Assembly: GCA_030704615.1 (NCBI GenBank)
Contig: CM060731.1
Span: 68,634,001 to 68,698,000 of the forward strand
Source: Takakia lepidozioides
Taxonomy: Eukaryota; Plantae; Bryophyta
Direction: 5' to 3'
Length of the DNA: 64,000 bases
Under the pieces are notes generated by a model. It saw only the letters and a program-made list of their open reading frames with translations, made no database searches and was not told where the DNA came from. Shown here piece by piece: positions 50,331-62,407 of the stretch. The position numbers and the translations under genes are program-made. Each line of letters begins with the position of its first letter. Position 1 is the stretch's first letter.

Positions 50331-53300
50331 CTGACGTGCAGGGGTTTACAGGAACTGGCGGAAGCGGCGGACTGGTGTCGTAGAACGACGACGCAGGCGG
50401 CGACGCCGCCAATGGGATGAGAGCGGGGGTGGGGAGGGATTGACCGAGCCTAGCCTGCTGCCTTTCGATGGCTGCAGGAGGCGGAGAACCGGCGGTACGG
50501 GGTGTCAGGGCTGGACCGTCCTGACGCGCTCGCATTAAGTTCTTACATTATTCCTATTATCTTCCTAAAAAGTTCAGGGGTTTTATTTTTTTCCCCAAAG
50601 TAATTCCAAATAAAATCTCCGAGGGCCTCTGTCCCCTGTTCATTCAAAAAAAAAATGTGATTGGATGTTTGGACAAATGACAAGTTGACAACCTAATTAT
50701 CGTCCGCGGTAGTCATCGTGACCGACTTCTACATATGTCATTGTCTGTAACATCAACTCTGAAAGATCGACTTCAAGGTCCACATCCACCATCTCTCTCA
50801 TGAAACAGATAGAATCAGCATTCGGATCTAAAACTTTACATACAAATTTTCTAACATTGTTGACAAAATTAGACAGTGAACAGAGTCGAGTCATTCTCAC
50901 AAGACTGCTATCAACCAGAACCAGTTTAGACCAACACTGTCACCCCACAATGCGGTATATCTGGTCAGGATCTGAACGCCAATCAATTGGGCTACTGCAT
51001 GAGTCAGGACCTCCGCAACTCATGTGAGGCTACCCACTAGTGGGCCCTCTGCAATTTGGTAATCATCTGTCACCATTCTCCAACCATCTCGGCCCTGAAT
51101 TGGAAATGATCAAGCCAAATTTGTTCACCTCCAACTTGCTCCAAGAAGCATGTCGCAAGGATCTTTCCAAAGAGACTGATGCCACAATCTTTGCTGTTGC
51201 TGGACACCTCAAACCGGGATCACTATGTACATTGTTTTGAGATAGCTTTGCAGATTGTAACACTCTGAAATATGTGATCAAAGACTAAAAGCGTTGGGCC
51301 CAGTAGTCATGGCACAAAGTTGAGGCCCATCACTGCACAGTTCCAACTTGGATGAAGCCTAGAATTGAAGGAGAGTGTCAGAAACTCGGCACGGTGCTCG
51401 TCGTAGGAGGCCTCAAGTGGGATGCAAGACAAAGAGAGGGACCGTTGCGGGGACCCCCTACCTTCAGGCAACATCACAGTCGGGCCGGACAGGCTGCGCA
51501 GGCCGACACGGCACAGTTCTGCACTGCGCGGTTGCCCATGCCCCGATTTATTTTTCCTTCTGCACTCTGACCTCCGCCTGGATATCACGGGCAGCGTGAT
51601 GAAGTCGGCGCTGGCGGCAGGGCGGCGCTGCCCGACCGGAATTCGGTCAGAAATTAATCACTGTTTTGGCACACAGCGGGCAGCGTGGCGGTAGCAGGCG
51701 GGGGACAGGAGTCCACGGTCTCTCTGACGGAACTCTCTCTTTTCACGGATTGCATAATTGAGCTGCAGTGGGGTGGATGATGTGCTTTTGTTTGTGGAAA
51801 CTTTCTGAACTGAGCCGCAAAGTGATAATCAATGTCTGCTTGTTGTGCCGAACTGACTCTCGAGCCGTTTACCGTAGTTCTGTCACTGTCTAGAGACAGT
51901 GGTCTTTTACTTCGGATTCTACAGTCCGCTTGTACTTAGTGCTGAGGTGAGGTAATTACGGCTTTAACAATCTGAAGTGCTGGAGTTCTTTGGTAGCAAG
52001 GCAACTTGTGGCCCAGCTTCCTGAGCAGCACAGTACCGAGCTTAGGTTATGGATTAACACCCGGAGGCCCGAACATGATGGCTGCGTTCGTTTGCCAGGG
52101 TGCTGTGACCAATTCCTTTGAGCACCACATGGCGCAGACTGAGGCTGGCCGAAATCATATGCTTATAGCACGACCTCGAGGGCTCTGTTGCCAGGATTTG
52201 GGTTCACCAGTGAGGCAGAATCCTCAGACTATTACGGCGTGATACTGTTGCCAGGGCAACTGACGCCGACCGAAGCCTTGATTTTCTAAGCCTTGTTGTT
52301 AAGGTATTTGAGATCTATCACTCTTGCCAGGCTGCCCCATCTAAGTTATGGACGGAGCCGACATTGATCCAATCCAAACTGGATAGTATGTGATGCCAGG
52401 GTAACTTTTGACTCCTTTCTGACTGCTCCATTACCCTTATGTGTACGTCAAGTGAAAGTTTATACAGTTGTTTAGCGTTGAGCGAATCTAAAGAGTCTCG
52501 TGCGTATGATCCCGATTCCATAAAATAACAATTCTTAGGCCTCGGTTTAACAGTAAGAGAAAGACTAACATATCCATGTATACATGTACATCGCGGTAAC
52601 TGTGGTAGGATATGAGAATCTGCTAATCGTCATGTGGATGATTGCGATGGATGCCATCAGGGTGTCAAGCTAGTCTGGATCTGCAACTGAATAGGAGTTT
52701 GAGGAGCTCCACGTTCTAGCTAGCAGCTGGGTGTTTATCCCTGAGCCCAAGCATGATCGCCTGATCGAAGAGCATTCTACAAATTGACAGCAATCCTGCA
52801 CGTTGTTGGTTCCTGACATACATATTCCGAAGGCAGGAACACCCAAAGTTCGAGCGTTTTCTACTCAGAGTGACAGCAGAGTAGTTCGTGGCACTGCACA
52901 GACCTGTACATTCTAGAAATCGACCTATTATGTTCTTTCTTGTGGGTAAAATTTGGACGGCCTCGGGACTGATCTCCATCGCTTTAGATGCCATATGTAG
53001 AGGAAGCTAGATAGCTAATCCAGTCCGGATATGTTTTAGACAAGACGTTGGGGGGGGCGTTAGAAATACGCTCAACGAAAACTTAAGATAAGCTTAGACA
53101 GCCTGACTGATGTCCCCCTGATGTCCCCATATGATGTTTTCTGTCTTTATCCCTTAAACTGTAAGTAATGGTTTGTGCGGATCTCACTGATTGGAAACTA
53201 TGAACCAGTACAATGAGTTGCATTCTCATTGAGATGTCTTCCACGAGATCCAGACCCAGTCAGAAACTATTTCCCTAATAATTGAGACTCGTGAGTACTG

Positions 53301-55231
53301 GAAAACACCTAGGTTGGTGACACGCAACTAGGCTTATTGCAGAGTTATTAAAGCAACCTTCGAATTGGCAGCCTGAGATTGGACAGAGGTTTGCAGTTAA
53401 ATTCAAAGTTCCGGTTTCCTGGACTTATGGATTAGCTAGGCTTGTTTGGTGAACTCACGTACAATATAATCCTCACTCCAACTCAATGATTAGTCCAACG
53501 TAAAGGGTTTTTTGGAAGTAGGTCCAGAACAGACAGTGAGGAAGAGCGAAGAGTGCCGTTTGACTGCGAGTAGTTTCCATAGTAATGCAGTCCCCAGCTT
53601 CTCAAAAGTTTATAGCATCTTCAATAGAAGATCATTCGCTTATTTCAGTATTCGGTGACACTACGGCTCACAGTTTATCACATTCTCCTGTTGTTTTCTT
53701 CCCAGAGTAATTAGTTGTTTCTTTCAGCACTGAGAGAGCGGCAGAAAATGACCCGCCAAAAAACATTTATACATTATCCTAGATATGTACATGTATCAAA
53801 TCAAAAGCGGCTTTTGAGGCTCTTGCAACACAATATAAAAAAGCAACATGTTTCAATATCTGTGAAGGTCACATAGGCAGCACATGGTACTTGATGGGAG
53901 TCGCCCAAGTTACAGAAGATGGGCGTCCTATGTTTAGCACAACAAGGAGAGTAAATGAGGCGACGAAGACGCTAGATGAAAATGACAGGTCTTTGCAGGG
54001 ATCTGCAGAATTTTGTCGCAACAAACACATGAATTCATCTCTTGTGCAGCAACCCTGAGCTCAATGATATGGTAGGACTGACTCCTGACGAGCTCCTGAC
54101 ACACTAGAGTGGCTGCTGCATGATGCATTATCAACCGACTGTATACGATTCGCATGCTCCCCACCAAAAAACATATACAACAATAAATCCAACCAACCTT
54201 CCCTCCACCACTGCATGACAATCCAAACCTCTGCCCCCTTTTATAAAGAGACTTCTCTCAATTATTAACCATCCTCAACTTCCTACAGGTGGTGGTGGTG
54301 GAAGAAATCGCAGCAGGTCTGTCGAAAGGATTAGTCGATTACTTAGTCCTCCTCCCTCGCATCATCTTCTTCCATAAGATTACTACAGGACTCCAACCTT
54401 TCAAGAAACAAGCTCAGTGGAGGCGGACTCTGCATTTGGATCTGAGTGACAGTAAAGGCAGCCCGCGCCCGCAGGCTACCGACAAAGCAGCCCGCGGAGC
54501 CATGCCGCAGTCACCGCGCGGCTGACTCGTGGTGGTTGGCAGACCTGTCCAGCCGAACGGTCGGAAAGGTGCGTGTGAGGGAGGCGTAACTGACAGGTGT
54601 CAGGCGAGGTAATGGCGAGCTCCAATAACGCCACAAAGCCTGCCACAGCGCCGCGCTTTCCGTCAGTCGTTCATTCACCGTCCGTTCGTCGACCAGTCAA
54701 AGCGGACAATCATGCATCGATCCATCGCACTAGTACCGCAACACTGCTCGTTTACGCAGCTCCCTTTCAGCGTGAATGCGGGACGATCAGTGTCGATCAG
54801 TGTCTAAGCTTTGTCTAAGCTTTGCTAGGATCTAAGTAACAGGAATCTGTAGAGAGATGGGCCCAGTTGGAATTGTGAAAAAGGCAGCATCATGGCTGCA
54901 GAGGAGAAAGCTCGAGGCCTGCTGCGACCTCCTGCCATGTCGGAGGGTCCACTCACAGGTGGAGCCGGCTGCTGGGCCTGTATATATAGAGAGTACAGGA
55001 TCAGAGCTGCAGCAATTGTGGTGTGAGTGCTTAATGAGCTTCCAGCATAGGCGATTGTGAGTTTCTCAGGTCCTGAGCAGCTCAGGACTTTCTCTTCGCC
55101 CTTTGGAGTTGTGAGTACTTGGTACTTCACTCACTGTCTAGCAGTCAGGCTACTACCCACATTTGGTAGACGGTCGAAGTCTCCAGAGTTGTGCAGAGAT
55201 CAGACTGGAAGTTGGATATCAATTGATTGGC

Positions 55232-57660
55232 ATGGCACGTTTGTTCAGCCATCGGGTTGTTGTCGTTTTCTTGCTCGTTGCATTGGTTTTCCGACAGGAA
55301 ATATCACAATGCCATGCCTCCAGGCCACTGCAAGTTCCCAACAGCTTGCAGGTATCTCCCACGTCCTCGACAGAGGCGTCGGTGGCTGCCCAAGGAAATA
55401 CATCCTCTGCAGAAGGAATGCAGCGTGTGACGAGCGTGGATCAGAGGTATGCATTGGAATTAGTCCAACCCCGCATGTTCTCTCAGCTGCCCTGGGCAAT
55501 GTTAGGGACAAGAGTCGCAGAATTTTGTTTTCTCTTTCAGCGACAGGAACGCGAACTGTAAAGAGTTCCTGTTCATGAATGTCGTCTTTCAATGATGGAA
55601 ACGGTGTCTGTAAACTTGTAACCCACTATGCACTCATGGCATATTGTAAGTTACTAGATACATGACCGGCTCCATACTCTGAATCCGCAGAGAATTTTAC
55701 CTGTTTCAAGATATCGTCATCCAATCCCTCTAAAAATCTGGGCGTCATGTCAACCTCCAGATCTCTTCCTGCACCCAGGGCGACTTTGGAGTATCCCAAC
55801 GACGCCGGTAGAATGCATGTAGATATTGTCACAGCTACTAGATCTGTTGGCTCGACCGTGAGTTCTCTGGACTGTACATGTATGTTCTTGCATTGTTTGA
55901 ATATCGCGAGTTCAAAGCATTTGCTTGCCAGGATCGTCAGCACATGGAAGTGTTGTTACAAGTAGCTGGGTCTAAATTGTAGAAATCAGCCCATGGAGAG
56001 GAATGTAGGTACATTTGATTTGTTTTACTGGCGTGTGCTCTTCCACTCAAAGACGTTAACTGGAGCTTGGATCTACATGTATGCAGTGTGCAGGAAGGAA
56101 GCTCCAACTACACAAGAAGAGTTTTGGCTGGATGCGGGTCACAGAACCCCATCGATGATTGTTGGAGGTGTGATCCTAATTGGGAGAACAATCGCCAGGC
56201 TCTGGCAGACTGTGCTCTCGGGTTCGGGAGGAATGCCATTGGCGGGAAGAATGGGCAAATTTACGTGGTCACCGATAGCAGCGACGACGACGTAGTCACT
56301 CCTAAAGAAGGCACGCTACGTTATGCTGTGATTCAAGACGAACCTCTTTGGATCATCTTTGCGGCCGACATGGAAATCAAGCTCCAAGAGGAGCTGATAA
56401 TGAACAGTTACAAGACCATAGATGGTCGTGGTGCAAATGTGCACATTGCTTATGGCGCATGCCTCACAGTGCAGTTTGTATCCAACATTATTATCCACGG
56501 AGTTCACATTCATGACTGCAAATCCACTGGACCTGCAGTCGTCAGAAGCACACCCGAACACTTTGGTGACAGGGGAGTAACCGATGGAGATGGTATTACC
56601 ATCTTTGGATCCCATGACATTTGGGTGGATCATTCCTACCTCGCCAACTGTAACGATGGCCTGATCGATGCTACCGAAGGCTCGACTGCGATCACAATCT
56701 CTAACAACTACTTCACCGACCATGATAAGGTGCATTGCTAGATACCCATTTTCCTGTAGACTCATTTTCTGGCCTGGAGCTCTTAGCCCTGTTGGCTCAC
56801 ATCCTTGAAATCACAGTAGCTTCTGTCAGATCCCTTTGGAAATGTGGAGTGTTGGTCACTGTTCCTTTCCATTCAGTGGTCGATGAACGCCTTACGCACG
56901 GGTGCTTCAAAGTTACTCGGAGAATCTGATGTCCATTGATGCTAACCCACGTCCTTCTACTGTTCAGGTGATGCTGCTGGGCGCTCACCCTCAAGACACC
57001 TTTGACATCAATATGTATGTCACTGTGGCCTTCAACCACTTTGGACCCAATCTTGTGCAGCGCATGCCGAGGTGTCGTTTTGGATATTTCCATGTAGTGA
57101 ACAATGATTACACGGCTTGGGAGATGTACGCGGTGGGGGGCAGTGAGAATCCCACGATTAATAGCGAGGGAAATCGGTACTTCGCTTCGGACAATGGTTT
57201 TGCTAAAGAGGTGAGTCTTCAGATCAGCTCCGTGAATTTGATACATAAGATCACACTTGACATGATTTGCTATGTCAGCGCAGCTAGCTTCTGCCCTGAT
57301 CACCTTCCCCGAGATAGAGATAAATTTCCAAGGTTTTGAGTGAGAATTGGCTCGAACTTTCTTCACGAATAGGGAGTCCTCCATTTTCGAAGCCTGCAAT
57401 CTGAGGGAAAGTGTTTGTTTCCAATGTAGGTTACCAAACGCGTACCAGACGGTGGCAGCGATATTTCAGACTGGCAAAGTTGGAATTGGAGAAGCTCTGG
57501 AGACATGTTCCTGAATGGTGCTTTCTTCACCCCGTCAGGAGCCCAATCGGACAGTGGCAACTTATATTCCAAAGCAACCAGTTTCAGTGCGCGCCCGGCC
57601 GCCATGGTGGGAGTCATGACTTCTGATTCAGGCCCCATTGCCTGCAACGGGTACTGCTGA
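55232..57660 (+). CDS. Pectate lyase (PL1), secreted, 443 aa. Exons 55232-55446, 56087-56729, 56968-57210, 57430-57660
   Basis: Signal peptide; [51 protein letters not shown]; GT-AG phases consistent, 1332 nt. Confidence 0.96.
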
Positions 57661-58730
57661 TCGGCTGACCACACTTTGGAGCATCCAGAAGAACTCTGCT
57701 GCCATTTCCATAGGGGCCAATTATCCCGCTAACAGTTGCAGCAAATAACTTCGGCATGCCGGATGCACATGCAGATCAACAGTCTTTTTTTTTGTACCTA
57801 TTCCTTAGACCGCAGATGGGGTGGACGCTTTGAGTGCTGGCCATTTTAGCCGGCCTAGCGTATTCCTCAACTCCTGTCTGATATATTCAATGTAGATTGT
57901 CTCCTGTAGGAGCCCTGAGCCTGAGGTCGCGCTCCAATGTGACCCGCATTGCAGTGCTCCAGTGTACCATATCTTTTCTCTGCAATTCGTTGCAATTTCT
58001 CGCAAGATTCTCGGAACATGTTCTGGGCTGTGATGCAGCATCATTTTAATGTACTCGTCAAGTTTCTCAGTTCATCGAGTTGTACTGAAGTGAACAAGGC
58101 CTTCAAGACCCATGGCATGTGGACCAGTCAGATCTTTCAATACACATGTGTTTTCAAAATAAAAGCTTGCCTTTGCATCAAATCTCTTGGTGCTTCCTCA
58201 AATTTTGTTTGGAGACAGTTGATGAAACAACGTTGCAGATGTGATGGAAAGCGAACTAAACATTGGAAATTTGGGCGATTTGGGCGATTTGCAGAACATG
58301 ATGATGGAAATGCTTTGCCTTACCCCAGGGACAGGATGGGTGTCCGGGAAACCCACAAAGTGATCCAGAATATGTAGGTATTGACAAGGTACCCATCTCC
58401 ACAAGTGCCGATCACGACTATCATACTTGCCCAGCTCATCTTCAACAAGTTCGCCACACTCCACACGACATGCATCAAAACCAACTCATCCACCACCAAA
58501 TGCAAACCCCTTCGAGATTCAAAGTAGACAAAAAACTCCAAAGATTTCAGTGTTTTCGCAAAACTGGAGAATATACAGTGGTGACCGATGCATGAAGCTC
58601 AGTGCAGATCAAGGAGTTCCTCCAGTTCACAATCAACAAGCACATGGGACTCGAGCAGGAGACATGTTTTCTACAGTAAGAAAACTTGGAACGATCCGGA
58701 GGCCGCAGTCGGCACACTTGACATTACAGT

Positions 58731-59710
58731 TCACATCATCACAGAACCAGCTTGCTTATCAGGGGTATCGTTGTGCTTCCACTTCTTTACGGTCCAGTAT
58801 GCCAAGTTAGCCGAGTTTGGGCCGTTGTCCAGAGCGATAGCACCAAAAATCGCATTGAAAGCCCCCGATAGAACTTTCTCGTTGGGCATGTGCACGCTTT
58901 TGCTGATCATGATGAGTGACTCCAGTCCAAGGTCGAGCGCGTCATTGGCACAAGCTTTCGTGCTGGACGTATTTCTAAGGTGTTGATCCAGCTCGCCTTT
59001 CGTGATGTGCGGGTTCGCGAATATGAAGTGTGCAGCGACGGCCTGCTGCACCACTTTCGATCCCAGGAGATGCAAAACATCGTTGTTTGCTTCCGAGAAA
59101 GAGGAGTGCGTCAGAGCGTCCATGAGAAAATATGGGTGTTTGAACTTGTACCTGCCATAAACCTTGCAACAGCAGGCAATGAGAAAATTTAAGGGTACTT
59201 CCGCTGAGTTCACAATCATGTTCAGCGATCTCCGACTACCCCTCTCGGAGAAGTCTGGGAAGCTTGACAGATCGTGCGACTCTATTTCAGATCAAACGAT
59301 TTCAGCAAATCTCTCGCTCTCATTCTGAATGCAGAATGAAGCAAATACTAGTGATATACTTGAGTTGGACACATAGTTCTGGACAATTTGACGACATTTA
59401 CGAACCAGATCATCCAAGTGTGGTGAGGAGGTTGCAGAGAATTCGTAGCCAAGATGCTCTTGCAGGGCGGCTAACTCTTTCTCTGAAGGTAGGTATGTTC
59501 CTTTCACTTCCATCGATATCGAGCTTGGCGCAGTCTGCAAATTCCAACATAAATCACAGTAGTTTTGTGCAGCAGGAAGGATTTGATCGACTACATGTCC
59601 AGAGTAAAAAGATGAGGACCACGTAGCACCTGCTTAGGCATGGCGGCTCCTGCGAAAGCAAGCAGCATGGACGTCAAGGCGAGAATGAGGAGATAGCACT
59701 TCATCGCCAT
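58731..59710 (-). CDS. NFD2: NUCLEAR FUSION DEFECTIVE 2-like RNase III-domain protein (degenerate catalytic signature). Exons 59710-59630, 59534-59449, 59151-58731
   Basis: Hydrophobic N-terminus; LAALQEHLG/YKFKH..ALTHSSFSEANN..LLG..AFNAIFGAIALD matches the NFD2 pattern. The second donor reads CT instead of GT. Confidence 0.8.
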
Positions 59711-60739
59711 GGCCCACTCTAAAGTCGAGCCTCGTTCGAAGCCTGTCCCCGGAACAAGCGTTCGTAGATCCACAACAAGACAACAGCAGGGCAGTCCACA
59801 GACAGATTTGATCGTAAGGTTTCGACTGGAGAGAAAGTGATGTTTGAGGCAGAAACACTTTAATGTGAGAGTAGGTACTTAGTGAAACTGGAAAATGATT
59901 CCTGAACTGCGACGAGAGGACGCAGAGATGGGCTTGGCTCTTCGTGCCGCTTAAACAATTAGCTATGTACTGTCTTATCAAAGGTTATGCGACCCCTACT
60001 GATGATGGCACATGACGCACAAGTCTGTCGTGCAGATTCTTTGCTCGTACTGACAGAGAGGAGAGGAGAAAGCAAGGGCCATGCATGTGGTCGGCAAGCA
60101 TTAGATGGGGGCCTGGAGTTGAATGCGAGGGAGCCGGTTCAGCCAGCGTGGACCCCCCGCCACCCCCGCCTCCATCGCCCGCACACCGCGCGGCTGCAGC
60201 CGCGCGGCACGCCCTCCCGTGCCTCATGTCCCGCTGCTAGGACATGAGACGTGCCCTCATGCATGACATCGCCCTCCATCCCCCATGCATGCCTTCATCC
60301 TCCTTATGCTACATGGTATCCCAAGCATACATCATGCCCTCTTTCAAAAATCATTCTGACATCTGTTCAAATTTCAAATGGCAAATCTGAAGAAAGAATG
60401 GACTTTGGGATATATGCCACGTCGTCACATACACTGCTACCCTCATCGTGCATTTCCTCGTACAGCAGTTCTATCCATGCCTTCCAAACGCGTCCCCACC
60501 TTGGCACTCTGACCTTCCATATCAAATTGTGTTTGTACGTTGCCCACATATGTTGCATACCATTGTAAGTTGCAACCGTGTGGATGTCTGGCCCACCTGA
60601 AGAAGTTTGTGTTTGCATAGGGTACATTTTGTTGTTTGATGCATGAATTTCCATTGCAGCTATACATGCCCACAATCTGCCAGTAGAACAAAAGAGTAGG
60701 AGGTTTGTGTGAGGATAGGGCAGGGAAAGAAGATATGCG

Positions 60740-61402
60740 CAAACTCAGAAGAAGTTTGTTTTGAAAAGATCCCTAAGCGAGATGTGATCTCTTGGAATGC
60801 CATGATTGCAGGATTAGCTTGGCACGGACAAAGTGAAGAGGTTTTTCGTTACTTCCGAAGTATGCAACAAGAAGGCTTGAAGCCCAACAATGTCACCTTC
60901 ATGAGCATCCTCAATGCATGTGTCAGCCCCGCGGTTGTGGAACAGGGCGAGCGGGTCCATGCCGAAATCAAGATAGCTGGATTTGAGTCAGATCTCCAAG
61001 TAAGCAATGGCGCTTTTGTCATCATGTATAACAAATGCAGGAGTATAGTGAATGCGCACCAAGTTTTTGACAATATGCATACACAAAAATGTGATTTCAT
61101 GGACTGCGATGATTGCAGGACTAGCTGAGGAAGGGCATAGCGGAGAGGCAATTGAATACTTTCAACGAATGCAACAAATACGCGTGAAGCCCAACAAGAT
61201 CACCTTTATGATCATACTCAAAGCATGTGGCAGTCCAGCAGCTGTGGAAGAGGGCAAAAATCTCCATGCGAACATCATCAAGGCTGGATTTGAGTCAGAT
61301 CTCCTTATGGGCACTGCCCTTGTCAGCATGTACTACAAGTGTGGGGATGTGGTGGGTGCAAGCCAAGTGTTTGACAAAATGCCTAGACAAGATGTGATCT
61401 GA
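60740..61402 (+). pseudogene. PLS-class PPR fragment, frameshifted
   Basis: RDVISWNAMIAG, GLKPNNVTFMSILNAC, TALVSMYYKCG; frame change near 61085; TGA at 61400. Confidence 0.85.
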
Positions 61403-61654
61403 TGGAAACTTCAAAACGCCCACAAGAATCTCCACAAGATTATCGACAAAAGAAGAGAAGTAAAAATTCCCACTACTGGCTACTAGATATAAGATCGATG
61501 CGGTGATAGGCATGCATGTATATGTATGTAGGTGGGTCACCAGATCGCAGTCAAGGGATGGATTAGTCTATGCAACTCATTCCCTAAACTTGGTGTCGAT
61601 GTAACGACTGGTGTACACATCATGTTATCTACTTCATTTGGTCTAGCGCTGTGC

Positions 61655-61688
<34 letters not shown>

Positions 61689-62407
61689 TAATTCTATGGA
61701 AAGCGTGTCCCAATAACATCGGATAGTGGGAACTTCCATTTATGATTCAGAGGAGTTTCTATGCAGGCTAACCAATAGGCATAAAACAAGCCTTGTAGGA
61801 GTTCTCATATCTTCACATTAGGGGCACACGCTTGGTAAGTCTAGGCTATCTTCATATGGTTGCGACAAGAGCTGCATGGTGAATATACGACATCTTGTCT
61901 TCAATGGCTTAGAGTAGTAACGATTCGCTGTGCGTAGTGAATAAGCAGTTTACCATTGCTATCAGTAGGTTCTTCTTCATTTTTGCAGGGCATCACGGTT
62001 GTCCGCTTCTATATGAAAGGTGCTTGTGGGTGGTGTAGCCTTCCGTGGTTGAAGCTATTGCTCTCAGCTACTCCATTGCTGGTTTGCACAGAAAAATTCA
62101 AGGTCACCAATCTTCAGTTATAAGCGCAGAAAGGAGGCTCTGTGGATTGAGGGTTGGTCGAACCGACCGACATGCTATAACACAGCGGCGGGCACAATCT
62201 GGTGATGGTTCTAATATCAGTGAACGCATTGGGAGTCCAGGCCGTGAATACAATGGGTATTATTTTCATGATCATTTAAGCTAGTTCCTACTCAAGGAGA
62301 TAGAATTGCTACTATATTTGAGAATAAGTATTGTAGGAGCTTGGGATCATGTTTCAGTATAAAGTAAGTTTTGGATGTTTGAGTGATATAGGATCACAGG
62401 GTCGAAT

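Noticed and set aside
49347-50383. ORFs with VTEGY repeats
   Set aside because: Translations of the GGGTTACA array.
29012-50550. 10-bp direct repeat TCTTACATTA (29012-29021, 50541-50550) as a MULE-type TSD
   Set aside because: It is AT-rich, there are no inverted termini inside it, and the left copy sits within apparently continuous unrelated sequence ~450 bp before element-type repeats begin; probably chance.
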